Assembly (NCBI GenBank): GCA_032718475.1
Contig: JAUCBJ010007043.1
Coordinates: forward strand, 175,404-239,403
DNA from: Nemertoderma westbladi
Taxonomy: Eukaryota; Animalia; Xenacoelomorpha
Direction: 5' to 3'
Length of the DNA stretch: 64,000 nucleotides
Below the pieces are notes generated by a model. It was not told the DNA's origin. It ran no database searches and was given only the letters and a program-made list of their open reading frames with translations. Position numbers and translations under genes: made by a program. The first letter of the stretch is position 1. Each line of letters starts with the position of its first letter. Positions 9,714 through 22,978 of the stretch are shown here, in pieces.

Positions 9714-11941
9714 TGTTACGGTATATGGCGCTGTACACATTATTAGCCATTATACAGTATAATATATTGGTTCATTATACAGTATAATATATTAGTCCGT
9801 TATACTGTACGCAATATTAGTCCGTTATGCAGTATAATATTTTAGATAAGACATAATAGCGAGGTGATATTTAGATAAGGAAACTGAAACGCCCATATAT
9901 TTTGAACTCATCCATTTTGTATAGTATGTAGCCCTACCTACGTAATTTCGTATTAAGATATAAGTAGATAGTTCCAGGGTAGCAAGTTCAGTTGGACCCT
10001 GGATATGTGCTTGCTGTTATTAGCTTCGATAGGGCTAGCATCTAGGGACGCAATCCTAACCATTCCGCAGCCAGGGACATGATCCATTACCATATATGGT
10101 AATAATTCGCGGTTTGGAAGCCCTGAGGTTCACAATCCGGCTTTCTTATTGGACTAACTGTTTCCAGGTTGGTCTAATGCTAGCGCGGACTGGAGAGCCA
10201 ATAGGAGAGCGATTGCATCACCCTTATTGCATCATCCTTCTCGGATCACCTATAAAAGAGCTGTACAATCCAATCCTACTCCTCTACAACACCAACCCCG
10301 TATCATTATTCTGTGTTAAGTTTAGGAGTACAATTTGTGCGTATTTTCTGCATTTCTACCCTTTGATTAATTTTCTTGGAATGATTCGTTAGTGTTATTA
10401 TTCTTAACTGTGTTTCTCAATCAATCCTATTGATTACTGCTAATTACAACCGGAACTATGATTTCTACCTCTTTCGTTAATGGTTCTATGTAATTTATTT
10501 CGAAGCAATAATCCTACGGGATTTCTGAGACTGTCAGACTTGTGATTTGCATGCGCCGCTACGGTAGCTATTCCATAAATGGAGGGCTAAGGTGCCAGTA
10601 GGCGGTGGGCGCATTGGGGGGTTAGCGACGAAGGGAGAGCGGAGGATTCAAAAGCGGGCAACGCTGGCGGGGGTCAACGTTGTGGTCGGGCAATTTGGAC
10701 TGTAGGTTGGAGACCGCTCGCTGGTACGGTAATTAGGGGGCTGATGATCCAGGTTTTGTCTCTATTTAGTATTAGGGGGCAGGAATTGGGTTAGTTAGGA
10801 AGTCTAGACGTACCCGGGAGGGGCCTGCATACCTTACAGTAGATTGCGAATCAGTAAGTTGCGAATTAGTCAATTGCGAATTATTACGTTGCGAATTATA
10901 TAATTGCGGATTGTATAATTGCAAGTTATGCTATTGTGATCTGTGATTGCTGACGCTGATTGTTGTGTTACTGAAGTGTGCCTATGATTACGAATGCTTA
11001 GGTAGGCGCCCCTTTCTCTTTGATTGATTTCTATTTCTTAGTTACAACAAATAATTACTGATTAGGTCAAAGTAATAGGGCATTTTAGGCTATTACTAGC
11101 GAAACCTGTTGTGTAATAAATTAGAATTACGCATTCTGGAACTCTTAGTAATTAGTACGCTGTTACATATTTGTGACTGTAATTGATTAGTAAAATTAAG
11201 AATTAGTACGCAGCATAGCGGAGAGTAGCTAAGGTAATAATTTAGAGTACCGTAAACTATTCACGCTGAGCGGTTATTTGCATTAGCGGGCAATAAGCTA
11301 GATCGCAGTAGTCAGTACGCAAGACACTAGTAGATTGCTGGCCTAAAGCCAGCTGCAGGCAAGTTTAGACCCAGAGCGGTATCACCTACGAAAGACAGTG
11401 TACTGTACCAATTTTTTTGATTATTTTAAATATTCTCGCATTCACACATTCCGTTAGGGAACCGAACCCCCAGTATTCGCGATTAGAAAAGACGTAGGCA
11501 ATAGTGTGCTTCAATAGTGGTAAAATTAGGCGTAAGAATACTCTGAGTGCAAAGCCCCTCGCACTCGTCTTAAGTAAGCTTAGGGAGCCGACTCGGGTTT
11601 ATTGTTTTGGTTATTCCTGCGTGGCTCATAGATTCGAACAGTTAGCTCTCTATCGAGCGATCGGTAGAGAAAGGAACAAGCGATTTTGCAGGAGCCGTGT
11701 AAATTTAGTAAAATATATTAGCGGACGGCAGATTAGCGCCATCCAACGGTAAGTAGCGGTTTTGTATTTAGCAGCCTTTACAATTTAGTAATAGCACGCT
11801 CCTGATCCCCTTTACTTAATAGTAGAGCAGTCTTTGTGTCTTATTGGTTAGGCGAGAACTCATTAGGTTGGCAGAGAGGTATACGGGTATTTGTCTGTTC
11901 AACAGTTCTGCTGTCAGTATAGGGGTCGCAGTTGTTTAACA
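9714..11941 (+). repeat. Long LTR (~2.2 kb), copy 1
   Basis: TGTTA...TAACA inverted termini, preceded by purine-rich GGAGCGG (PPT-like); TATAAAA at 10251; ~25-bp tandem repeats at 9740-9840; homologous to 59832-62058. Confidence 0.7.
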
Positions 11942-13249
11942 GAGTCAATTAAACGTAAACAATGAAACGATTGCGATGGACAACTGAGTGTCTATATTCA
12001 ATCCATAACGATACGATGGCGATGGAGTCTATTACAGTATTAAACACGCAACCAGCAACCAAAGCTATCAGACGATGGCGAGGTAATCTACAAAACACAG
12101 AATGACAGGAAGGCGACGGAGTTTATTAAACCCAGTAAGATGGTGCATAGCGAAGCGATCGAGACGGATAACGGAGTCTATCACAGTATTAAACCTGGAA
12201 CGAAGACAGTGGAGTCTGTGTTCCAGGCCTAACTAAACCTAGAACAATGCGAACAAGGCTACCGGTACTGTAAAGTTAGACTAGACTGGTTTGTGAGATT
12301 AACTTGCCAATACTAACTCAATACAATTTGCTTTCTTCGAATTCCTAATAATATTTTAATCTTAATAATAATTATTCAACATCAATTATTTTATAAGTCT
12401 TTTCAATGTATAAGATTGCTAAAGACTAAAGAGCTAACTTTAGGATAATCTGCCTTATATTTTTAGAATTATTATAATTAATTTTGTTATGTTTATAATG
12501 AATTGTATCTTTTGACAGACTACTTGATGCGCGACCGTGATAATAAAATTAAATGGTGCCGAAATATTTTCACTTAACTGCAGGTGGGGGGGGGGGGGGG
12601 GGGGCAATCAATATTCTTCCCTCTCCAGGTGAAAATCGACGCAAATAACAGCTTGTTAACTACTAAAATAAAACTGCATCCTGGAAACAACATTATAGGG
12701 GAAATTATAGCAAGTTGTGTTTATTTTAGCCGATAGACAAGATTTCATGTTTACCAAGTTTGGTATAATTTAGTCAAAGATTGAATGAGTTACGATTTTG
12801 AATTATCAGTGGAGGGTGAAGGCGCCGGGCCAGGATTCAGTTATACTTGAATAAAGAATAGTGATTAAACCAAGGGATACGCGATATATGACACTGCTGT
12901 ATAAGTTCATTGAATGACTGTTGATTTCGAAACATTTAAATCAAAACTATATAAATGTTAATATAATTTTGGATTTTTTTTTGTAATAATTAACAGATGA
13001 ATTATATTTCATTAATTTATTTTTTTTATCTAATCACATTATTAAATAACGAAGCACAGAAATAATACTAAGATTGAATATTGAATTGAAGGTACAGTAC
13101 CGAATTGAATATTTGACATTCTGACATTGCATAAGATAGAGTATTGAATATTGAATATCTTCGGCCGTCATCCCGTTGGTGACTCCATTGGCAACCATTT
13201 CGACAGTTTCGATTGGTTTCGGTTCTTCAGTCCCCGAATAGACCGATGG

Positions 13250-13525
13250 CGGCGTGGTTGTTGTCCCCATGACTGAGGCTGCATTACCAACCAAAATTGC
13301 CATCTCCAAGCGCTGGAGCAGAAACTGGTGTGACCGCGCTTCGTGGGTGGCACTGTGGAGACGAGCCCCGATCTCCCGGAGGAAGGTGGATGTCTCTGGA
13401 CCGGGGCGGCCAAAGGTCTCAAAGGCAAAGGGGTGAAAATAGTTTTTAATGCGCACCGCCCCCTCAGCTGAGTGCCCCCCAGCAATGATGGTTTGTTGAA
13501 GGTGGCTGGGGGCCAGTGGATCTAG
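13250..13525 (-). pseudogene. C-terminal fragment of a CRE-clade (restriction-like endonuclease) non-LTR retrotransposon protein
   Basis: FHPFAFETFGRPG...FLREIGARL...FLLQRLEMAILVGNAASVMGT matches the CRE-type C-terminal motif; the remainder of ORF 13034-13615 looks like read-through. Confidence 0.75.
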
Positions 13526-14229
13526 TAATAATATCGCAAAGATATGATTAGGTAGGCCTACGTGATAGTTTCTCAAACCAAATCTATCCATCCATTGACG
13601 TCCAAATATATCCAATTTCTCAATCCATACTAATCAGTATGTAATAATGTACGCTGTAATGCAATAATGTCAATGTCCAACCAAACAATGAGTTGAGTGT
13701 TATCGGACCAGCCTCCGAGAAATGTTAGGCTAACGGCACCTCGCTCTGTCGTCATCAGTTTTTGTAGTGGTCTAGTTCCAAGTTCCAGGCTACCAGAATC
13801 CGTTAGTGGATGATATAGAATCAGCACATCCTGACATCTGTGCAACTCCTGAACTCAGGCGAGCATTTTACAGATGGTGGTCTAATTTATATGGTCTTGT
13901 ACCGCGAAACCGTGTATTATTTACAGATGTAGGCTAAATTTCGGGTCTTGTACCGTGCACAGTACTGGTGGGCCTACACAGCTACTGCTATTTTGCCTAA
14001 TACAGGTCCCAGAGGTAAATCCTTACCCCACAGGCTGTGAGCTGGGGGAAGATCTTCTCTGTGCTGGGGGTAAGACCGCGTAAGAAAAGGGGGAAGAGGG
14101 GGAAAGAAAAGGGGTATGGATCTATAAATAGCATCCAATGGGATGCCTCTACTTTACGACCGTTCTATACTGTAAACATACAGCTGTCTACCTTATTGAG
14201 AAGTGGTAATACTATTTAATAGTTGCTAA

Positions 14230-16680
14230 ACTTACCCCCACCCACCCACCTATCATTACACACCTACTGTACTTAACCATACATACCCATTCCTACATAG
14301 CTACTTACACGTACCCTCCCACCCACCTAAGCACGTCGACTTAACTGCACCCACCCACCCACCTAAGCACACCTACTTAACCGCACCCACCCAAGCACGT
14401 CTAATTAACCGCAACCACCCACCCACCTAAGCGCGTCTACTCACCCACACCCACCCACCTAATTAAGCACGTCTACTTAACCGCACCCACACACAAACCT
14501 AAGCACTTCTACTTACCCGCACCAACCCACACACCTAAGCACGTCTACTTAACTGCACCCACCCACCCACCTAAGCACGTATACTTACCCGCACCCACCC
14601 ACCTACCTAAGCACACCTAGTTAACCGCACCCACCTAAGCACGTCTACTTAACCACACCCACCCATACACCTAAGCACGTCTACTTACCCGCACCCACCC
14701 ACCAACCTAAGCACGTCTACTTAACCGCACCCACTCACCCACCTAAGCACGTATACTTACCCGCACCCACTCACCTACCTAAGCACACCTAGTTAACCGC
14801 ACCCACCTAAGCACGTCTACTTAACCGCACCCACCCACCCACCTAAGCACGTCTACTTAACCACACCCACCCAGACACATAAGCACGTCTACTTCCCCGT
14901 ACACGCACCCACCCACCCACCCACCTAAGCACGTATACTTAGCCGCACCCACCCACCTACCTAAGCACACCTAGCTAACAGCACCCACCTAAGCACGTCT
15001 ACTTAACCACACCCACCCACACACCCCAGCACGTCTACTTACTCGCACCCACCCACCAACCAAAGCACGTCTACTTAACCGAACCCACCCACCCACCCTA
15101 AGCACGTCTACTTAACCACACCCACCCACACACCTAAGCACGTCTACTTACCCGCACCCACCCACCCACCTAAGCACGTATACTTACCCGCACCCACCCA
15201 CCTAACTAAGCACACCTAGTTAACCGCACCCACCTAAGCACACACGTTCTTAACCGCACCCACCCACCCACCCTCATAAGCACGTCTACTTAACCGCACC
15301 CACCCAAGCACGTCTACTTAAACACAACCACCCACCCACCTAAGCACGTATACTTACCCGCACCCACCCACCTACCTAAGCACACCTAGTTAACCGCACT
15401 CACCTAAGCACATCGACTTAACCGGACCCACCCACCCACCCAAGCACGTGTACTTAACCACACCCACCCACCCACCCACCTAAGCACGTCTACTTACCCG
15501 CACCCACCCACCCACCTAAGCACGTATACTTACCCGCACCCACCCACCTACCTAAGCACACCTAGTTAACCGCACCCACCTAAGCACACACGTTCTTAAC
15601 CGCACCCACCCACCCACCCTCATAAGCACGTCTACTTAACCGCACCCACCCAAGCACGTCTACTTAACCACACCCACCCTCCCACCTAAGCACGTATACT
15701 TACCCGCACCCACCCACCTACCTAAGCACACCTAGTTAACCGCACTCACCTAAGCACATCGACTTAACCGCACCCACCCACCCACCTAAGCACGTGTACT
15801 TAACCACACCCACCCACCCACCCACCCACCCACCTAAGCACGTTTTCTTACCCGCACCCACCCACCTACCTAAGCACACCTAGTTAACCGCACTCACCTA
15901 AGCACATCGACTTAACCGCACCCACCCACCCACCTAAGCACGTGTACTTAACCACACCCACCCACCCACCTAAGCACGTATACTTACACGCACCCACCCA
16001 CCTACCTAAGCACACCTAGTTAACCGCACTCACCTAAGCACATCGACTTAACCGCACCCACCCACCCACCTAAGCACGTGTACTTAACCACACCCACCCA
16101 CCCACCCACCTAAGCACGTATACTTACCCGCACCCACCCACCTACCTAAGCACGCCTAGTTAACCGCACTCACCTAAGAACATCGACTTAACCGCACCCA
16201 CCCACCCACCTAAGCACGTGTACTTAACCACACCCACCCACCCACCTAAGCACGTATACTTACCCGCACCCATCCACCTACCTAAGCACACCTAGTTAAC
16301 CGCACTCACCTAAGCACATCGACTTAACCGCACCCACCCACCCACCTAAGCACGTGTACTTAACCACACCCACCCACCCACCCACCCACCTAAGCACGTG
16401 TACTTAACCGCAAACACCCACCTAAGCACATCGACTTAACCGCACCCTCCCACCCACTTAAGCACACCTACATAACCGCACCCACCAACCTAAGCACGTC
16501 TTCTTAACTGCACCCACACACCAAACTAAGCAAGCACGTCTACTTAACCGCACCCAACCTCCCCTACCCCTACACACCTAATTACCCGCACTCACCTACC
16601 CCTACCCACCCTCCCTCCCTCCCACACCATATTTACTCGCACCGACCACCCGAACCTAACAAACACACCCACCCCTACTT
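14230..16680. repeat. C-rich minisatellite, ~26-34-bp unit CACCCACCTAAGCACGTCTACTTAACCG with variable (CCCA)n
   Basis: Tandem array seen directly, with degenerate edges. Confidence 0.95.
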
Positions 16681-18314
16681 TTTCTACCTTATTCAGACTC
16701 CACGGCAAACATTCTCGGAGCAATAATGCCGTACCAGAAATTTGCAAAAACGGAAAGCAGGGACAGTTTTTGCCAAAACCTTTTTTACAAGAACCGTTTT
16801 TTGATAATAGTTTCCTATAAAATAATGCTAAGTATTTACATCCTAGAACATTCGAGAACTATTGTAAATAATTGTAATTAATTGGTTGGTTGCTTTTTTT
16901 TACCATATATTATTAAATAAATGTGAGATAGTTAGTGCAGTTAGTTTAATTATAATATCATAAATATCACTGCACAAAAACGCGTTTTACACACCAGATC
17001 TTAAAAACATTAGCTTTATTCGCATGCGAAAATAAGGGTTATGCCAGAGCCAGCCTAGAGGCCAAGCAAAGTACCGGTAGCCGTAGCAATGCAAGAAGCT
17101 AGAAGCTTCCTATTGGGTGCTATTTTTAGATCCTTCCCCCTTTTCTTACCCCCTCATCCGTGCCACCACTGGTTCAGCCAAACAACCCAGGCAGCTCCGT
17201 AGCCCATCATTGTTCCAATTCTTCCGGTAGGCTATCATTACGGCTCTCCTAATTTGTTTCAAATTTGTTTCACTGGCATACTTAACATTGTTCCAATTTA
17301 TTGAGCTCCGTAGCCCATCATTGTTCCAATTCTCCGGTAGACTATCATTACGGCCCTCCTAATTTGTTTCAAATTTGTTTCACTGGCATACATAGCATTG
17401 CAGGTAGGACACCATTACGTGGCTACCTCTCTGACTGACAGCGCAACTGCCCTCTCTCGGTAGGATAGCATTAATTCCCTATACATTCACTCACTCTCCA
17501 TAGAACTGGCTGACGGGGGGTGTGTGTGTGTGTGTTTAGGTATCAGTTATTCAATGGCATTAATATTATTACTAAAGTAACGTCGGGATGTGGGGCGAGA
17601 CACGTATGGCGAGTCATCAGCGAACTGATATAATTATACTATGGCCGTTTCTCAAAAGTCTGTGTGTGTGTGTGTGTCGGAAGCCATAAATGTCGGAAGC
17701 CATAATCGAAGTTAATATCTTCAGCTAAATTGTATGGTTGAGTTATTTTGAACGGTCTCTCCATGGAAATTAATTGTTTAGCACCATACGATTAAAGTTA
17801 TTTTGCACTGAAATTAGATATCTGGAATCCATGTACCCCATCCCATTATAGTTTTTATTTTTTCAAGTGATTTGCGTTAATAAATTTATTTTTAATTGAT
17901 TTAAACATAATTAACATTGTAAATTCATACGCTGATTCCATTCTCCCCCATAGAGCCTAAGGCATGGCAAGGGCAGCCGTGCCCAATAATATTTCTTGAA
18001 GTTTTACATTACTGCAAGCTAAAGTCTTTGACCAAGCCAGTGCCTAGGCTAGTACATAAGGACATAGTAGTCCAGTAGAAGGAATAGTGCTCCTTCAATA
18101 CATCTCAACAGACATCAATTCATTTGCCTGTGCATACCATAACATAACATATATCCTTGATTTCCAATCACCTCTCACCACAATTATTATTAGTAATTAA
18201 AAGTTTCAATTCGATTTGTCTTTCCGTTATCTGGTTATTCAGTTATTGCATTATTAATAAATAAATGTTTTAAAATATATCTTACGAAATATGGTTAATA
18301 AATAAAACTTGTCG

Positions 18315-18712
18315 CTAACATTCTCGCTATGGGGGTTTTAAGGAGTGCTGATTACATTTCTGATGTCAGTTTTCACGTTTACATAAATCTAGTCTGTCTG
18401 TCTGTCGGTCATTCTGTCAGTCAGTCTGTAAAAAATTAAAAGATAATTCAAATTAACTAACATTCTCGCTATGGGGGTTTTAAGGGGTGCTGATTTCATT
18501 TCTGATGTCAGTTTTCAGGTTTACATAAATCTAGTCTGTCTGTTTGTCGGTCTTTCTGTCAGTCAGTCAGTCTGTCAAAACTTAAAAAAGAATACAAACT
18601 AACTAACATTCTCGTTATGGGGGTTTTAATGGGTGCTGATTTTATTTTAGATGTCAGTTTTCACGTTTAAAAAAATCTAGTCTGTCTGTTTGTCGGTCTT
18701 TCTGTCAGTCAG
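18315..18712. repeat. Three ~143-bp tandem units with GTCT/GTCA microsatellite (non-autonomous element internal repeats)
   Basis: CTAACATTCTCGxTATGGGGGTTTTAA recurs at ~18315, 18457 and 18603. Confidence 0.85.
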
Positions 18713-19772
18713 TTGGTGGCTACACCACATCTACTCCCCAATGGTCAGCATCTACACCGCTATGGTGGCTACACCACATCTACTCATCAATGGTCAGCAT
18801 CTACTCCACTATGGTGGCTGCACCATATACTCATCAATGGTGGCAGCACCACATCTACTCCCCAATGGTGGGTGCGCCAGATTTACTCCCCAATGGTGAC
18901 TGCGCCACATCTACTCCCCAATGGTGGCTGCACCACATCTACTCATCAATGGTGGCTGAACCACATCTACTCCCCAATGGTGGGTGCGCCAGATTTACTC
19001 CCCAATGGTGGCTGCACCACATCTACTCATCAATGGTGGCTGTACCACATCTACTCCCCAATGGTGGGTGCGCCAGATTTACTCCCCAATGGTGACTGCG
19101 CCACATCTACTTCCCAATGGTTGCTGCACCACATCTACTCATCAATGGTGGCTGCACCACATCTACTCCCCAACGGTGGCTGCATCACATCTACTCCCAA
19201 GGCCCAATGGTCAACATCTACTCCCCAATGGTGGGTGCGCCAGATTTACTCCCCAATGGTGACTGCGCCACATCTACTCCCCAATGGTGGCTGCACCACA
19301 TCTACTCATCAATGGTGGCTGAACCACATCTACTCCCCAATGGTGGGTGCGCCAGATTTACTCCCCAATGGTGGCTGCACCACATCTACTCATCAATGGT
19401 GGCTGAACCACATCTACTCCCCAATGGTGGGTGCGCCAGATTTACTCCCCAATGGTGACTGCGCCACATCTACTCCCCAATGGAGGCCGCACCACATCTA
19501 CTCCCCAATGGAGGCCGCACCACATCTATCCCCAATTGTGGCTGCATCACCTCTACTACCCTATGGTCAATATCTACTCCCCATGGTGGCTGCGCCACAT
19601 CTACACCCCAATGGTCAACATCGACTCCCATATGGTGGCTGCACCACATCTAGGCCTACACCCCAATGGTGGATGCACCACCACCCAAACGGTGGCTGAA
19701 TCACATCTACTCCCCAATGATGCTGCACCACATCTACTCCCCAACTGTGGCTGAACCACTTGTACTCCCCAA
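18713..19772. repeat. 28-bp minisatellite TGGTGGCTGCACCACATCTACTCCCCAA
   Basis: Tandem array with recurring variant order; explains the overlapping repetitive ORFs. Confidence 0.95.
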
Positions 19773-20276
19773 CTTTATAAACCAAACGTAAACCTTACTA
19801 TCTATATACACCATATAAACCCAACTTTATAAACCTAACGTATACAAATGTATACAGTGATTTATCAATAACACTACCAGCCTACCTGTACTGTAAAGCT
19901 TATCCTGGAAATATTATTATCTCATTGGACAATCCATCTTTCGAATACCCAATCAAAATTCTCAATATCGCTTTGCCAAAGCATTTAAAAAACCATCTTT
20001 CCTATACCACCAGGTAGTCATCATGTCAATACCTGAAAACACAGCATCTAAAATCGTTCGTTAAAGGAAGTGTGATAGTGCCTCAATTGGGTGAAACCAA
20101 CTTATAATTAGTTAAAATTATGCAATTCGTAGTGAAATAAATTCAGTGTATACAAAAATATACAGTCGGCCGGAAAGGGTTAAAGAATGTATTGATGACT
20201 GTTCTCTTATGTATGTATTCTATATATTTCAAGAATTTTATTTTCAAGATTTTATTTCAAGAATTTTATTTCAAAA

Positions 20277-20765
20277 GAGAACTGTTCGTGCATTGGTGTA
20301 ACCAAGGAAACAGGTGACATCATGGTGATTGATGTTAAAGAATGTATTGATGACTGTTCTCTCATGTATGTATTCTATATATTTCAACTGCTTTTGTTTT
20401 TCACTATGTTCACCATAGCAACACCGGCGACTCAAATTCTAATACGTTCTGTAAAATCCCATCAACAAAGTTTGGCATTGGGAATTAATAACATAGCATT
20501 TAAGTTGTTGGGGTCTATCCCCGGGCCTATTGTTATGGGAGCTTTACTCGACTATGCCTGTGATATTTGGTTGACATCATGCACCGGCGACACAAATTGC
20601 CTGTCATACGACAATATTAGGTTGTCAAGATACTTTGTTATTCTTGGAATGTCTTGCAACCTTATCAACCTCATTGTTTTCATCATCACTTACTTTGTTT
20701 ATAAACCACCACCACAGAAGTCTGATGATGTAGACCACGGCAGGGACGACAACACTAGGCTGTGA
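20277..20765 (+). pseudogene. SLCO/OATP organic anion transporter C-terminal fragment (copy 1)
   Basis: In-frame ENCSCI (Kazal end), then LIRSV...SLALG...LLGSIPGPIVMGALLDYACDIW..SC....NCLSYDN. No upstream exons recognisable in the window. Confidence 0.85.
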
Positions 20766-22424
20766 CGTCACCCATCACATATTGTGGGGCGAGCCACGAA
20801 GTGAGCGAAGCCTTAGCATATGGGTGCCATTGGCGAGTTGTCTGTCGTCGTCGTCTGTCGTCGTCGTCGTAAATTTTTGATCGCAATAACTCGGTTATTC
20901 TTTGATGAAATTAAACGAAACTTGGTATGTATATAGTCCATCAAAAGTTTAGAAATAATCTGAAGTTTGGTCAAAAACGAACAAACGCAACGAGGCTCAA
21001 GAGGAGGGCGAGTTTGTGTTGAAGACTTCTGACTAACGACAGACAACTCGTTAATGGTGCCCATATGCTAAAGGCTTTGCTCACTTCCAGTGCTGCGCGA
21101 AGGCCCCCACGAACGTGTATGAATACAGAATGGTTAGAAAATATATTAGTTCTTTTAAATTCATGTTTTCATACCCATATAGTAGTGACTAGGAAATGAT
21201 GAAATACAAATTTAATTTTGTAATAATATGGTCCCGTTAATTAGGAAAAATAATATCGAAATTGTCAATTGATTATTATTTATTGGTGTGTTCGCGCTTT
21301 CAGACCTTTAGCAGTTTAACCTGCCAATTTTAGGTGTCCTCTTGTTTATAAATCGACTTTAGCCTATAACAATTATTTAGTGCACATGAAGTAACATTAG
21401 CCGAAGCCAGTCTATGCGCGATCATTCACCCACTGTTAAGGGAGACTGGATTCGGGTGCTTTGAAAGTTATTGCGGTGCAGACCTACTGTATTATTCGAT
21501 TGATCGTTACTATATAATCTCTGACAATATTATTCACTTTCGGGGAAATATTAACAGTTCCTTTAGGACTTGGCGCTTTAAGTATATAAACAGAGTTATG
21601 ACTTATACTAAACACAACTAGATGGCTATTGAGTTTCGTAAATAGCGCATTCTTTAGGAGATGCTTTATTATCTGTCACACTACTGCACACGACTTCACA
21701 ATACTTCACACTGATCTGCCGACCGTCACTGAATTTGATCATATATAAGGAGGATAGCAACTGACACATGTAGTGATTATGAAATAGCATTTAATTCACA
21801 CAAAACCACTGTAAGTCGCAATTGCTACCGGTAACCGGTCCCTCTTACCTTCAGTAATCAAGAAGATTGGGGGTTTTATGATTATTTATCGGTATTCTCC
21901 AAATATATCAACAATATATCCATATAACAACAATTAATAACAGACAGTAAACAGAAGTAAAATAATGCGGTGAAAGTCAGTATGTCGGTAGGTGCCGAGT
22001 AATGTTCCCAGTCAGATAATAGATTTACGTTCTTGTAATCAAAGCCGTCTAATGTTGGCCAAAGTCTGAAACTTCTACAGAAGCACAGAAGAATTTCTAA
22101 GCCAATGTTCCGAGGCTCAGAAAAGGTAAACAAAAACCGTAATGCATTTACATAGGCCCTTGTCCAACATAAAATGAAAATCGCTCTGATTGGATGAGCC
22201 GAACAAAGAGAGGTTCCACGTTTACAGTAAATCAGCTGACAGATTTCGTCATCTGAGTTCCAGTCTTTTAGAGTATTAGGCGCATTGCGGCAGAAAATGG
22301 CTTGTTATGTCCGCTAAAGCACCTACACGGTACATTGCGGAGAAAATGGCTTGTTATGTCCGCTAAAGCACCTACACGGTATATTGCGGAGAAAAATGGC
22401 TTGTTATGTCCGCAAAAGCTTTTA
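20322..22424 (+). repeat. Segmentally duplicated block (copies at 57907-59831 and partial at 35401-36501)
   Basis: Near-identical direct repeats with a few substitutions and indels. Confidence 0.92.
20783..21111. mobile_element. Non-autonomous fold-back element (MITE or Helentron-associated type)
   Basis: ~50-bp imperfect inverted repeat (GAAGTGAGCGAAGCCTTAGCATATGGG... / ...CCCATATGCTAAAGGCTTTGCTCACTTC) with (GTC)n; copies at 58368-58696 and partial at 51571-51668. Confidence 0.7.
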
Positions 22425-22561
22425 CACTGCTCCCAGAAAATGGGATTTAATTCTATAAAATATAAAAAATCACAGTTTCTAAAATATAAAAATAGAGTAT
22501 TTTTATATTTTAATTTAATTAATTAATTAATTAAATTAAAATATAAAAATACTCTAAACAG

Positions 22562-22978
22562 TTAGTCCTTCTTACGCGAATGGCGTTTACACAGTTTTTT
22601 GAGGCTAGCAAGAGTCCTTTTCTCTTTGGGGCGAGCCACTTTACTAGGAGGGTTATAACTCCTGGGTGAAGGGTGCAATACAATTGCATCGGAAGGTTTA
22701 GGGTTACGGTCGGTGTATCCGCCAGTCGAGGTACCCAGTTGATCGATATCAACCTCAGTGGAACGAGGTCGAACAACCTTGAGAGCGCGTTTTAAGACAG
22801 CAGCTCTTACTGGTCCCTGACGGATCGTTTGCATGAGAGCAGTAGGTGGACCGTGTGTAGTGAGAAATTTCCTCGGTTTGATGGTTCTTTCCAACTCGCG
22901 TTCTCGGGCTCTATCGGAATCGATATGCTTTTCCTCGAGCTGATTTTCCTCCGCTTGTCGATGGAAGCATTCGTCCAA
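22562..22978 (-). CDS. Hypothetical basic protein
   Basis: 138-codon ORF co-oriented just downstream of 23020-24183; no recognised motif; may be a broken-off continuation. Confidence 0.35.
   Translation of the reverse strand: MDECFHRQAEENQLEEKHIDSDRARERELERTIKPRKFLTTHGPPTALMQTIRQGPVRAAVLKRALKVVRPRSTEVDIDQLGTSTGGYTDRNPKPSDAIVLHPSPRSYNPPSKVARPKEKRTLASLKKLCKRHSRKKD

Larger units (their letters stand above)
5931..11941 (+). mobile_element. 3' part of an LTR retrotransposon with an accessory ORF (copy 1, rearranged)
   Basis: 7857-11941 is matched in inverted orientation by 59832-64000; shared homology ends exactly at ...GTTGTTTAACA (11941). Confidence 0.7.

Noticed and set aside
12583-12604. Poly-G run
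   Set aside because: Simple homopolymer of uncertain length; no supporting context.
18690-19754. Overlapping repetitive ORFs up to 328 aa
   Set aside because: Artefacts of a stop-poor 28-bp minisatellite open in several frames.
21882-22133. 83-aa ORF seen three times (also 35950 and 59467)
   Set aside because: Recurrence is explained by recent segmental duplication; no ATG start or motif.
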